Assembly: GCA_016788665.1 (NCBI GenBank)
Contig: JAEUSF010000004.1
Location: 29,407 to 93,406 of the forward strand
DNA length: 64,000 nt
Direction: 5' to 3'
From: Candidatus Doudnabacteria bacterium
GTDB lineage: Bacteria > Patescibacteriota > Doudnabacteria > UBA920
The notes beneath the pieces are model-generated. The model made no database searches and was not told where the DNA came from. It saw only the letters and a list, made by a program, of their open reading frames with translations. Every line of letters starts with the position of its first letter. Position 1 is the stretch's first letter. This document shows positions 27,707 to 37,393 of this stretch, one piece after another. The position numbers and the translations under genes are program-made.

Positions 27707-29087
27707 GATTCATAATATACCCCCTTACCTCTTCTATTTTTATTCTTTCCTGTTGTTTGGTGTCACGGTTTCTAATAGTCACCGCACCGTCTTCCAAACT
27801 ATCAAAATCCACTGTTATACAAAAAGGCGTACCAATTTCGTCTTGACTATAATAGCGCTTGCCTACATTTCCCCTGTCATCCCACGCCACCATAAAATCT
27901 TTTCTCAAATTTTCATAAATTTCTCTTGCTTTAGAAACCAATTCAGGCTTGTTTTTCAAAAGCGGAAAAACTGCAGCTTTGTAAGGCGCCAGTTTGTAGG
28001 GTAACTTTAAGGTAATATTTTCCGGATCACTGTCGTCATATGCCGAAGTAAGGACAGCTAAGAAAGTACGACTAACTCCCCATGTTGGTTCTATACAGTG
28101 TGGCAAAACTTTTTCGCCTGTTTGCGGGTCAGTATATTCCAAAGATTGTCCTGATTTTTCCTGATGATTCTTTAAGTCATAGTCAGTTCTATACGCCAAG
28201 CCATATAACTCTTTTTGGCCAAATGGAAATTTAAATTCAGTATCTATACTACGCTTACTATAGTGTGCCCTATCGGCTTCCGGTATTTCTATAAAAACCG
28301 CCTGGTCAAAAATTCCAATTTCCTTACACCACTCTTTTTGCTGGTCCAGCCAATATTCAAACCACTTTTCCCATTCTTCCGGTCTTACAAAGTATTCTAT
28401 CTCCATTTGCTCAAACTCCCGGGTTCTAAAAATAAAGTTACCAGGAGTAATTTCATTCCTAAAAGCCGGACCTATTTGGGCAATGCCAAAAGGCAGCTGC
28501 TTACGGCTGGTACCCAATATATTTTTAAAATTTACAAACATACCTTGTGCCGTTTCGGGCCTCAAATATACTTTAGAGTCTTCGTCATCCACTGGCCCCA
28601 AGTTTGTCTTAAACATCATATTAAACTTTTTCGGCTCGGTAAGCTCGTTACCTTTTGGAGACCTTAGGCCCATTTTTTTTAATGTCTCAACCATTTGTTC
28701 AAATGTCATACCTGCGACCTGGACTCCATTTTCTTCCAAAAAATGATCAAGCCTAAAACGTTCATGAGTTTCTTTGTCCTCAACCAGAGGATCATTAAAA
28801 GTCGCTACATGCCCCGAAGCCTGCCAAACTTTTGGGTTCATTATTAATGCAGCGTCCACACCCACAACGTCATCCCTTTGCTGAACAAACTTTTTCCACC
28901 ACAACTGTTTAATGTTGTTTTTTAGCTCTGTGCCCAAAGGCCCATAATCCCACGAATTAGCCAGCCCGCCGTATATTTCGCTGCCCGGAAAAACAAATCC
29001 TCTTCTTTTGCAAAGACTTACAATTTTATCCATTTTGTCAGACTTGTTTGTTGCAGATAGAATAGGGCCGTTTTCTAATGTTGTCAT
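27696..29087 (-). CDS. glyQS: Glycyl-tRNA synthetase (alpha2 homodimeric type)
   Basis: IVSLCKRRGFVFPGSEIYGGLANSWDYGPLG N-terminus and class II motifs FRNEITPGNFIFRTREFEQMEIEYF; 463 aa. Confidence 0.9.
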   Translation of the reverse strand: MTTLENGPILSATNKSDKMDKIVSLCKRRGFVFPGSEIYGGLANSWDYGPLGTELKNNIKQLWWKKFVQQRDDVVGVDAALIMNPKVWQASGHVATFNDPLVEDKETHERFRLDHFLEENGVQVAGMTFEQMVETLKKMGLRSPKGNELTEPKKFNMMFKTNLGPVDDEDSKVYLRPETAQGMFVNFKNILGTSRKQLPFGIAQIGPAFRNEITPGNFIFRTREFEQMEIEYFVRPEEWEKWFEYWLDQQKEWCKEIGIFDQAVFIEIPEADRAHYSKRSIDTEFKFPFGQKELYGLAYRTDYDLKNHQEKSGQSLEYTDPQTGEKVLPHCIEPTWGVSRTFLAVLTSAYDDSDPENITLKLPYKLAPYKAAVFPLLKNKPELVSKAREIYENLRKDFMVAWDDRGNVGKRYYSQDEIGTPFCITVDFDSLEDGAVTIRNRDTKQQERIKIEEVRGYIMNQLM

Positions 29088-29283
29088 AATTTACCGCTTT
29101 TAATATAAGAAATAATTCATTTAAAGTATAACAAAAACGGGTTATTTTGGCTAAATTTGCCCTCTACAACAATTCACATAAAATTAATACTCAATAATAT
29201 ATCATGTAGACAGTTGAAAATTATAGACAACTGAACAAATGGAGTAAAACAAACAAAGGCGTTCAAACTAAGGAGGAGTTTCA

Positions 29284-30114
29284 ATGAAACTCAGCGTGTT
29301 AGGGTGCGGAGCTCCGGTGTCTCACTTGCCAAACGTAAACACTCAAAGCCCCTCTGCCTATATTTTGGAATGGGGCCATGGCGGAAAACTTCTGCTTGAA
29401 TGTAGCACAGGCATTCAGGACAGGCTTAAAAAGAAAGGATTCGATATAGCAGAAATTCAGCACATATTCCTGTCGCATATTCATACAGACCACGTAGGAG
29501 GATTCCCAAGTTTATACCAAGACCTCTGGCTCAATACATTATGGGAGAAATCGGACGAAAGACGGCTAAAGGCATCATCCACCCGGACCATTTACTGTTC
29601 CAGGCAAACATCCACTAACCTGCTAAAAATTTTACGGCTGCTTATGCCGGAAAGCAAAGGCAGGCTCTACCCCTACCCCGAACTCAACTTTGTGGACATT
29701 CAAAACAAAGCCCGCTTGGAATTGAATGGGGCCAAACTTACAACAGTACCAACCTTCCATGGATCCGGCATGGTTAGAAGCTTGGCTATTCGGGTAGAAA
29801 ACTACGAGGGCGTATTTGTATACTCGGGCGACACCGGAATATGCCAGGGCATTGAAGACATCTGTCGGGGTGCCGACCTGTTTTTATGCGAAGCCTGCGC
29901 AATAACCGACGCAGAAATGCGTGCCCGCGGCCACCTCACACCAAAACAAGCCGGTCTCCTAGCAAAAAATGGCGGGGTCAAAAAACTTGTCCTCACCCAT
30001 CTAGCCGCCCCCCGCCTGCATGATTTGGAGCCTGTAATCCAAGAGGCTCTCAGCTCCGGATTTGCAGGTAAAATCCAAATTGCCCAAGACGGAGACGTTA
30101 TTAACCTGCCCTAA
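29284..30114 (+). CDS. MBL-fold metallo-hydrolase (RNase Z/ElaC-like short form)
   Basis: HIHTDHVGG HxHxDH motif, AAGGAGG Shine-Dalgarno, terminator downstream; noticeably GC-richer than neighbours. Confidence 0.65.
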   Translation: MKLSVLGCGAPVSHLPNVNTQSPSAYILEWGHGGKLLLECSTGIQDRLKKKGFDIAEIQHIFLSHIHTDHVGGFPSLYQDLWLNTLWEKSDERRLKASSTRTIYCSRQTSTNLLKILRLLMPESKGRLYPYPELNFVDIQNKARLELNGAKLTTVPTFHGSGMVRSLAIRVENYEGVFVYSGDTGICQGIEDICRGADLFLCEACAITDAEMRARGHLTPKQAGLLAKNGGVKKLVLTHLAAPRLHDLEPVIQEALSSGFAGKIQIAQDGDVINLP

Positions 30115-30126
30115 ATACGCATTCCT

Positions 30127-30158
30127 ACCCACATAGCAAAACTATGTGGGTATTTTTA
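30127..30158. terminator. Rho-independent terminator ACCCACATAG-caaaa-CTATGTGGGT + TTTTT
   Basis: Perfect 10-bp stem followed by a T-run; lies between the MBL gene and the convergent tgt. Confidence 0.6.
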
Positions 30159-31364
30159 AATTTTTACTTCTTTATAAGTCTCAAGCATGTCGCCAAAAAA
30201 ACCGTAAGTAATAGCGTTACGAATTTTGGCCATAAAATTTAAATAAAACTTTAAATTGTGCATGGTAGCAAACCTGGTTGCCAAAGGTTCGCCAGTAGCA
30301 AACAAGTGTCTTAAATAAGCTTTAGTATGGTTTAAGCACAAATAACAATCGCAAGTATTGTCTATGGGCGAAAAATCTTCTTTATATTTTTCAAGTCTAA
30401 TATCGATTGTCGAATACCCTTCTTGTTTTTTAAATTCCTCATTCTTCGTTCCGAATTTTGCATTTACATAAAGTCTTCCGTGCCTAGCCTCTCTAGTTGG
30501 AATAACACAGTCAAATGTGTCACAACCTCTAGCCACTGCTTGAATTATGTCATAAGGTGTTCCCACGCCAAGTAAATGCTTGGGAGCATTTTCCGGCAGA
30601 TAAGGTATAGCGGACTCGACCGCTCGCATCATTTCTTCATGAGGCTCGCCCACCGCAACACCGCCTATGGCAAAACCTTCAAACCCCATTTGCACCATAG
30701 CCTTTGCCGATTTTTCCCGCAAATCTGGAAACGAGGCGCCTTGCACTATACCCCAAAGCTTTTGCCCTGGGTTAATTGGATCGCCGTCTAAAACTATTTT
30801 CTGATGCTCTCTAATTGCCCGCTCCGCCCAACGATTCGTTAACTCTATGGACTCAAGACTTCGCTCGTGCGTAAATGGATAGCCTGGAAAATCGTCCAAA
30901 ATAAGACACACGTCGCTGCCCAAATTTGCCTGAATATCTACGGACTTTTCCGGACTTAAAACCTCCTGTCTTCCGTCCAGGTCGAACTGAAATAACACGC
31001 CCACCTCCATAACTTTGCGCATTTTAGACAAAGAAAAAACCTGAAAACCTCCGCTGTCGGTAAATATTGGCCCTTTCCAATTCATGAATTTATGAAGCCC
31101 TCCAGCTTTGTATATAAGCGCATCGCCCGGTCTTTGCCACAAATGGTAAGTGTTTGCCAGTATCATATCTGCACCCCAAAACTTGAGTTCCTCTGAAGTA
31201 ACGGTCTTTACCGCGCCTTTTGTACCAATAGGTAAAAACGTCGGCGTATTTACGTCTCCATGGGCAGTATGTATTACACCAGTCCTCGCCCGTATTAAGC
31301 CTTCCCCCATATTAGCCAAAGAATTAGGCGAAGATGCTTTTTGTATTACTTCGAAATATTGCAT
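30156..31364 (-). CDS. tgt: Queuine tRNA-ribosyltransferase
   Basis: LANTYHL, FTDSGGFQV, and zinc site CDCYLC..H; 402 aa. Confidence 0.9.
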   Translation of the reverse strand: MQYFEVIQKASSPNSLANMGEGLIRARTGVIHTAHGDVNTPTFLPIGTKGAVKTVTSEELKFWGADMILANTYHLWQRPGDALIYKAGGLHKFMNWKGPIFTDSGGFQVFSLSKMRKVMEVGVLFQFDLDGRQEVLSPEKSVDIQANLGSDVCLILDDFPGYPFTHERSLESIELTNRWAERAIREHQKIVLDGDPINPGQKLWGIVQGASFPDLREKSAKAMVQMGFEGFAIGGVAVGEPHEEMMRAVESAIPYLPENAPKHLLGVGTPYDIIQAVARGCDTFDCVIPTREARHGRLYVNAKFGTKNEEFKKQEGYSTIDIRLEKYKEDFSPIDNTCDCYLCLNHTKAYLRHLFATGEPLATRFATMHNLKFYLNFMAKIRNAITYGFFGDMLETYKEVKI

Positions 31365-31473
31365 GCTAATAAACCAACGCTTGTCTTAATTTTTCCTACA
31401 CTGAAATACTACTTTACCATATTATACAAAACAGCGTTGCAAAATGCCATATGGCCCCGCAACGCTGCATAAA

Positions 31474-31812
31474 TTATTGTATTTTATTTTCCGGAATAAT
31501 TTTCCGAACTTCTTGCAAAGCCTCTTTAGGATCTCCGCTATGCTTCAAATGGTCTACAATTTCCTTACGTATCTGAATTTCACGTTCTATTCTTTCAATA
31601 GCTTCCTCGGGAGTTTCTCCGGACAGTCTTATTTCCCTAGCCAAAACAATTTTTGAATGTTCAGGTAACTTGTCAAAAAGTTCACGAAGCCTGTTTAGTA
31701 ATTCAGTTTGAATAGTCCCCTTTTTTTCGTGAAACTTATGCTCTCCACTTTTTCCTTTAAGAGAGCTAGGCACTGATTCAGGTAAACCAAATCTTTCTAC
31801 GTTGTTTGGCAT
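31474..31812 (-). CDS. Hypothetical protein (112 aa)
   Basis: Charged, helical; no recognised motif. Confidence 0.35.
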   Translation of the reverse strand: MPNNVERFGLPESVPSSLKGKSGEHKFHEKKGTIQTELLNRLRELFDKLPEHSKIVLAREIRLSGETPEEAIERIEREIQIRKEIVDHLKHSGDPKEALQEVRKIIPENKIQ

Positions 31813-31847
31813 AAATTTTATTTTAGTTTGAAAATTATTAATTATTT

Positions 31848-32972
31848 TTACTTATGTTTTTTTATGTTTCGCCTTCCTTCTTCAGTCTTATATTTGGGTT
31901 TTTTGCCTCTATTGCTGTGAGTTGAATAAGTTACTTCCGCATTTGTTCTTTTTGTAGACGCGTCTGTATCGTGCCTTTGCCTATAAGCCAAATGTCCTAC
32001 TTTACTAGATTGTTGCTTATTTTTTAATGCCAACACTTCTTTAGGTGTTAAGGTTTTTCTGTCTCTCAATTCTTCAACGGGATCAGGTTTAACATTACTC
32101 CAACCAAACATGTTATTTAATTGGCCTGGATCCTTTATTTGAGCAGATAAGGACTCTTGCACATACTCAGTATTATTACTCTCTTCAATTTTGGGCCGCA
32201 AATTCCTTAAGTCATTCGTTGATACTTGCCGAACCGGTTTTAACTTAGCTAATTCTAACCTTTCAACCTCCCTTTTCATTCCCGCAACACTCATACGAGA
32301 AATGTCTAAAAGTGCAAAAGCGGAAGAAGACAGCCTGGGTTTCCGGTCAACAAATAAATGTAAAAAAATTTCATCCAGCAAACCTTTTTTAATTTCTGGT
32401 GCAACAGGGTAGTCGAGCTTTGCCTTTTCTCTCAATAAAATTTTGACATCACTATCTGGCTTTTCTAAATAACCTTCTATTCGCTCATAAGCAAACACGG
32501 AACGACTGATTTCTATCGAAATTTCTTTTAATCCCTCTAAATCTATTATGGTCAAATCTTTTGGCAAAGCAAAAACCTTAATAAAATTTTCCAGCTCAGG
32601 CTCCATAGTAACTTTTTGAGTTTGGACAATTTCTGTTTTCTGTTCCAGAAGCTTTCTTTCCTGTTCTTCTAACCGCTGTCTTTTTTCAACCTGCCAATCC
32701 TCAAGCTCATCATCATCCAAACCAGTTAAGTCAGGAAGAGAATTTTTAACTCTTAGGATCTCCGCATCAACCTCATTAAGACGATCGGAAAATTTGTAAT
32801 TCAAGTCTAGCAGTGAATTAAGTTGCTTTACTGCATTTTTAAAAACAGAAAAAGAATGAAACAAGTTTTCTACAAGAATTTTTTTTAACTCCTGCTCACT
32901 CTTACACTTAGAAAGCTCCACTTTACCTAAATCTTGACTTGGCTCAAAATATGAACCATATTCTTTTATCAT
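31848..32972 (-). CDS. Hypothetical coiled-coil protein (374 aa) with a very basic C-terminus
   Basis: E/K/L-rich heptad-like regions and a C-terminal ...KKPKYKTEEGRRNIKKHK. Confidence 0.4.
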   Translation of the reverse strand: MIKEYGSYFEPSQDLGKVELSKCKSEQELKKILVENLFHSFSVFKNAVKQLNSLLDLNYKFSDRLNEVDAEILRVKNSLPDLTGLDDDELEDWQVEKRQRLEEQERKLLEQKTEIVQTQKVTMEPELENFIKVFALPKDLTIIDLEGLKEISIEISRSVFAYERIEGYLEKPDSDVKILLREKAKLDYPVAPEIKKGLLDEIFLHLFVDRKPRLSSSAFALLDISRMSVAGMKREVERLELAKLKPVRQVSTNDLRNLRPKIEESNNTEYVQESLSAQIKDPGQLNNMFGWSNVKPDPVEELRDRKTLTPKEVLALKNKQQSSKVGHLAYRQRHDTDASTKRTNAEVTYSTHSNRGKKPKYKTEEGRRNIKKHK

Positions 32973-33038
32973 AAAAATTGATTTCTTTTATAATAACATA
33001 AACTAAAAGCCCAAGGCTAAACCTTGGGCTTTTTCTAA

Positions 33039-35288
33039 CTATCTATCAAAACTTCTTCTCGGACCTCGACTGTGTCCACCATGACCACCACCATGACCAG
33101 CGCTGCGGGGACCGCGGGGTCTGAAATCGTCATGCCCAGCAGAAGCAGCAAGCTGCTCAGGAGTCGCAGCTGGCGCAAAAGGCTTATGAGTCAAATTGAT
33201 CCTACCTTGGTCATCTATTTCACTTACCTGAACTTTTATAGCATCGCCTATTTTTACCACATCTTCCACTCTACCCACGCGATAGTTGGCAAGCTGAGAA
33301 ATATGTACCAAACCTTCTTTGCCTGGCAAAACTTCCACAAAGGCACCAAAATCCATAAGTCTGGTTACCTTACCGTCGTAAACCTCACCGGCTTCTACTT
33401 CTTTAACAATATTTTGAATCCACTCGACAGCCTTCTTTGCGCTTTCGGCATCTGAAGAAGTTACCATAACAAGCCCGTCATCTTCAATGTCAATTTTAAC
33501 ACCCGGACAATTAGCAATAATTTCGTTAATGGTTTTGCCACCGCTGCCAATAACCTCTCTTATTTTGTCAGGCTTTATCTTGAAAGAAGTAATTCTTGGA
33601 GCATATGGTGACATTTCAGCTCTTGGAGCAGAAATTGCTTCTTTCATTTTGGAAATAATATGTATGCGAGCTGGCTTAGCCTGGTTTAAGGCTTGTTCTA
33701 AAATTTCTGCAGTCAAACCTTTTACCTTTATATCAAGCTGCAAAGCCGTCACACCTTCTTCGCTTCCGGTAACTTTAAAGTCCATATGACCGTTAAAATC
33801 TTCTATACCAGCAATGTCAGTTAAAACTTTAAACTTAGAAGTATCTGACTCGTCCATAACAAGCCCCATAGCACAACCACCAATAATATGCTTAATGGGT
33901 ACACCAGCGTCCATTAAAGCCAAAGTACTGCCGCAAGTTGAAGCCATACTAGTAGAGCCATTGGAAGACATAATTTCACTTACCAACCTCAAAGTGTAAG
34001 GGAATTCCTCCTTACCCGGCACCACCACTTCTACTGCGCGCTCTGCCAAAGCACCATGGCCAATTTCACGCCTGCCTGGACCACGAATAGGCGAAACTTC
34101 TCCAACTGAATATCCTGGGAAATTGTAGTGGTGAATATAACGCTTTGTCCTGCCATCAAGCGGATCTTCCATACCATCTAGCATCTGCTCGTCACCAGGA
34201 CTACCCAAAGTAACAGTTGTTAAAGCCTGAGTTTCTCCGCGTGTAAACAAGGCACTACCATGGGTACGAGGCAAAATTCCAACTTCACAAGTTATGGGCC
34301 TTGTTTCGTTTAATGCGCGCCCATCGACACGCTTGTCCTTTTCCAAGATTTGTTTCTGCTGATATTTCTTTAAAACTTTATCTACAGCATCTTCTGCTTC
34401 GTCTTTCACTTTAACCCCTTCAATATCGCCCAAAGCAGAAACAGCAAACATGACAGCCTCGTCTGTAAGCTTTTCAATATTTTCTTCCCTCAACTCCTTG
34501 CTCTTTACATATACAGCGGAGTCAATTTTTTCTGAGGTTAAAAATTCCTTTACCTTTACCAAAACCTGCTCGTTAAGTTTTTTTATAATAGGTTCTGTCT
34601 TTGCCTTACCAATTTGTTTTGCAAAGTCTTTTTGGCAGTCTACCAAATTACCCAAATGCTTCTGAGCAACCTTAACAGCTTCGACTATTTCATTTTCCGT
34701 AACAAGCTTAGCTCCCATTTCCACCATAATAACATGCTCGCCAGTTCCACAAACTACTAAATCCATTGTAGATTTGTCCTGCTGTTCATGAGTAGGATTT
34801 ACCACATACTGACCCTCAACTTTGCCTACACGCACACCGGCTACAGGACCGTCGTAAGGAATATTGGAAATTGCCAGCGCCATAGAAGCAGCATTCACAG
34901 CTAAAATATCAGGCTCGTTTACGCCGTCAATAGAAAGAACCGTTGCAACTATTTGCACATCGTTTCGCATGCCTTCAGGAAACATGGGTCTTAAAGTTCT
35001 ATCTATAACCCTGCCTTTTAAAATTGCGTCGTCGGTCGCCCTGCCCTCACGCTTTATCCACCGACTACCCTTTATTTTACCAGCAGCGTAAAGCCTTTCC
35101 TCGTAGTCCACCAATAAAGGGAAAAAATCTATTCCCTCGCGAGCTTTGTTACTCATTACTGCCGTAGCTAATACTACGGTGTCACCAAGCCTGGCAATAA
35201 CACTACCGTTTGCCTGAGTATGAAGTTTTCCATACTCAAAAACAATTTGGCTTTCACCAACTTGGCAAGAAATTTTTTTCGAATCCAT
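33039..35288 (-). CDS. pnp: Polynucleotide phosphorylase with a Gly/His/Arg-rich C-terminal tail
   Basis: Two RNase PH domains, KH and S1 domains; 749 aa, ending AGHDDFRPRGPRSAGHGGGHGGHSRGPRRSFDR. Confidence 0.95.
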   Translation of the reverse strand: MDSKKISCQVGESQIVFEYGKLHTQANGSVIARLGDTVVLATAVMSNKAREGIDFFPLLVDYEERLYAAGKIKGSRWIKREGRATDDAILKGRVIDRTLRPMFPEGMRNDVQIVATVLSIDGVNEPDILAVNAASMALAISNIPYDGPVAGVRVGKVEGQYVVNPTHEQQDKSTMDLVVCGTGEHVIMVEMGAKLVTENEIVEAVKVAQKHLGNLVDCQKDFAKQIGKAKTEPIIKKLNEQVLVKVKEFLTSEKIDSAVYVKSKELREENIEKLTDEAVMFAVSALGDIEGVKVKDEAEDAVDKVLKKYQQKQILEKDKRVDGRALNETRPITCEVGILPRTHGSALFTRGETQALTTVTLGSPGDEQMLDGMEDPLDGRTKRYIHHYNFPGYSVGEVSPIRGPGRREIGHGALAERAVEVVVPGKEEFPYTLRLVSEIMSSNGSTSMASTCGSTLALMDAGVPIKHIIGGCAMGLVMDESDTSKFKVLTDIAGIEDFNGHMDFKVTGSEEGVTALQLDIKVKGLTAEILEQALNQAKPARIHIISKMKEAISAPRAEMSPYAPRITSFKIKPDKIREVIGSGGKTINEIIANCPGVKIDIEDDGLVMVTSSDAESAKKAVEWIQNIVKEVEAGEVYDGKVTRLMDFGAFVEVLPGKEGLVHISQLANYRVGRVEDVVKIGDAIKVQVSEIDDQGRINLTHKPFAPAATPEQLAASAGHDDFRPRGPRSAGHGGGHGGHSRGPRRSFDR

Positions 35289-35424
35289 TTTAATTTCCTT
35301 TTTCAGAATGACATCCAGATTAACGACGACTTACAAAAAGTCTTCGCAATATCCAGCTGCCATACTGACACTTAATTTTAAAACTTGAAGCCCGAATCCC
35401 AAAATCCGAAAATTCTTAACTTTT

Positions 35425-35454
35425 TTCGAATTTCGTATTTCGTGCTTCAAATTT
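35425..35454. repeat. Intergenic relative of the dispersed AT-rich repeat
   Basis: ttcgaatttcgtatttcgtgcttcaaattt; compare 206-235. Confidence 0.3.
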
Positions 35455-35455
35455 A

Positions 35456-35857
35456 TTATTCAGATTTCATACTACCCAACATTTCATGTTCAAAATGCAT
35501 TAAAAATTCCGCGGGATCTGGAGTTGATCCGAAAAGAACATGGTCAACGCTATTTCTCTGACTACGATCTTTTTGGCTCTCCACGCCTTTTGCCTGAAAC
35601 CAGTTCTTCCACGCCTCGCTAAAAGCTTTATAGCTTTCACTCCCTTCCTGCCCATACTTACTATAAATAATTTCGTATTTAGTACTGTCAACAATTTCAA
35701 TAAACCTACTTTTTTCCTCCAAAGACAAAAACCCATTACCAAGCAAGGCCTGCTTAATTTTTTGGGTCTCCGGCTTTGTATATACAGCTTGGCAAATCTC
35801 CCTCGCGTCTTGCGTCCACTGCTTTTCAAAATTTTCTATATCAAGCCAATTATGCAT
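35456..35857 (-). CDS. Hypothetical protein (133 aa) inserted between rpsO and pnp
   Basis: No motif recognised; it interrupts the usually adjacent rpsO-pnp pair. Confidence 0.4.
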   Translation of the reverse strand: MHNWLDIENFEKQWTQDAREICQAVYTKPETQKIKQALLGNGFLSLEEKSRFIEIVDSTKYEIIYSKYGQEGSESYKAFSEAWKNWFQAKGVESQKDRSQRNSVDHVLFGSTPDPAEFLMHFEHEMLGSMKSE

Positions 35858-35936
35858 AGATTTTACCTAATTTACCGCAACTCGGACTTTAGTACAATAA
35901 CCAAAGCCCGAGCAACGTGTCTACTTTAGCCCCCGA

Positions 35937-36218
35937 TTATTCTTCTATTGAAGTTATTTTTATCTTTAGTTTCTCAGCAATTTTCTTCCAGCGCTTTTCA
36001 TCTTCACCCTTTAAATAGCGAAGTAAACGGCGTCTGTTGCCAACCATTTTTAAAAGACCCCGTCTAGAATGGTTATCTTTCTTGTGAGTTTTTAAGTGCT
36101 CTGAAACCTGAGCTATTTCTTCGGTAAGAATAGCTATTTGAACCTCAGGACTTCCAGTATCATCTTTGTGGACTCGATACTTTTTTATAAGATCCTGTTT
36201 TTGCTTAGGGCTTAACAT
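35937..36218 (-). CDS. rpsO: 30S ribosomal protein S15
   Basis: [14 protein letters not shown]...[20 protein letters not shown]; 93 aa. Confidence 0.9.
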   Translation of the reverse strand: MLSPKQKQDLIKKYRVHKDDTGSPEVQIAILTEEIAQVSEHLKTHKKDNHSRRGLLKMVGNRRRLLRYLKGEDEKRWKKIAEKLKIKITSIEE

Positions 36219-36362
36219 TTACACCTTTCTTCTTTAAAAAATAGCCTAAAGACTATTTTTTAAATGCTCTGCACGAAATGAATTGCGAAAGCCTTTGTAT
36301 AGTTTCGCATTACGTATTCAATCGTGGATTAATAAATACAGACTAATTATACTTAATATTGC

Positions 36363-37211
36363 CTATTTTTGCAAGTATCTTACAAACTCTTTCGCCACGT
36401 TAAATTTACTTATTTTTTCGAAGCTGCTAAAACCGGGGTTTCTATTAACTTCCAACACAAAGCACTGCCCTTGCCTTTCTAAAATATCTACCTTAGAAAG
36501 CTCCCTGCCCAAGACTGCCGCGGCCTTTTCGGCTAACTCAATTATGTGGGGATTAATATCTTTGGCATCTAAAGCTTTTCCCGATTTATAGTCTATTTTA
36601 AACTTATTTTGCCCACAGGCAGAAGAAATATCAAATCTAATAACTTTGGGCAGTGCCTTGTATCCAACAGTAATAACTTTGTATTCATAATCAGCCGGAA
36701 TATATTGTTGTAAAAGTAGCTCACCCTTTGGATACTTTGCATATATTTTTTTCAACTGAGCAAGGTCATGAACCAAATATACATGCCTTGCCTTCATACC
36801 ATAAACCCATTTCAAAACCCACGGAGTTTTGTTTAGGTTTTCAAAAATAGCGTCGTCTAAAATGACCCGTGTCTCCGGCATTAAAATACCAGCAGCTTTT
36901 AGCTTTTTATAATCCTCCCACTTACCTAAAGCCAAAAATCCAACGGCGATATTTTCGTCCACTACCTTCTTTCCGTCTTTTATAAAACTTTTTGCCAGCT
37001 CAACAACTTGAGGTAAATATTGAGGACTTTGGTTACAAAATACATTCCGAACATATAAAACACTAAACTTGCGAATGTCTAATTTATTTTTTGACTCAAA
37101 TAATTCGTTCACTGAAAAAGCCACGGCTTTACAACCTGCATTTTGCAATTCTTCAAGCAATCTTTGGCTTGCGTAACTTTCTTTGTTAGATATAAGCAAA
37201 ATCATGACCAA
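36363..37211 (-). CDS. ATP-grasp fold ligase (RimK/glutathione-synthetase-like)
   Basis: LEVNRNPGF ATP-grasp C-terminal motif; 282 aa. Confidence 0.55.
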   Translation of the reverse strand: MVMILLISNKESYASQRLLEELQNAGCKAVAFSVNELFESKNKLDIRKFSVLYVRNVFCNQSPQYLPQVVELAKSFIKDGKKVVDENIAVGFLALGKWEDYKKLKAAGILMPETRVILDDAIFENLNKTPWVLKWVYGMKARHVYLVHDLAQLKKIYAKYPKGELLLQQYIPADYEYKVITVGYKALPKVIRFDISSACGQNKFKIDYKSGKALDAKDINPHIIELAEKAAAVLGRELSKVDILERQGQCFVLEVNRNPGFSSFEKISKFNVAKEFVRYLQK

Positions 37212-37250
37212 TAAATTATCTCATTTTAAAACACGTCTGTCATTATATAC

Positions 37251-37339
37251 CATGTCGCATAATGTGATATAATATATTTGTATTTAATGATGTCGTCATA
37301 ACAGCTGTGTATACTGTGGATAAACAACATGTCGCATAA
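37251..37339. promoter_or_regulatory. Two direct copies of CATGTCGCATAAT (37251-37263, 37327-37339) plus a degenerate copy (37289-37302) in the divergent promoter region upstream of the xer gene
   Basis: The 13-mer is repeated exactly; GCGCATAATGT-like core; TATAAT-like -10 boxes overlap. Confidence 0.4.
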
Positions 37340-37393
37340 TACTAATAACTTTTAGCTGGTAGCCTAAATTTCTCCAAGCCACTATCTACAATA

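Noticed and set aside
27040-27710. CRISPR array
   Set aside because: The repeats are heterogeneous palindromic hairpins of differing sequence with no regular repeat-spacer periodicity, and no cas genes are nearby.
27696-29087. Initial impression that this class II aaRS was ProS
   Set aside because: The N-terminus IVSLCKRRGFVFPGSEIYGGLANSWDYGPLG and the FRNEITPGNFIFRTREFEQMEIEYF motif are diagnostic of alpha2-type GlyRS, not ProRS.
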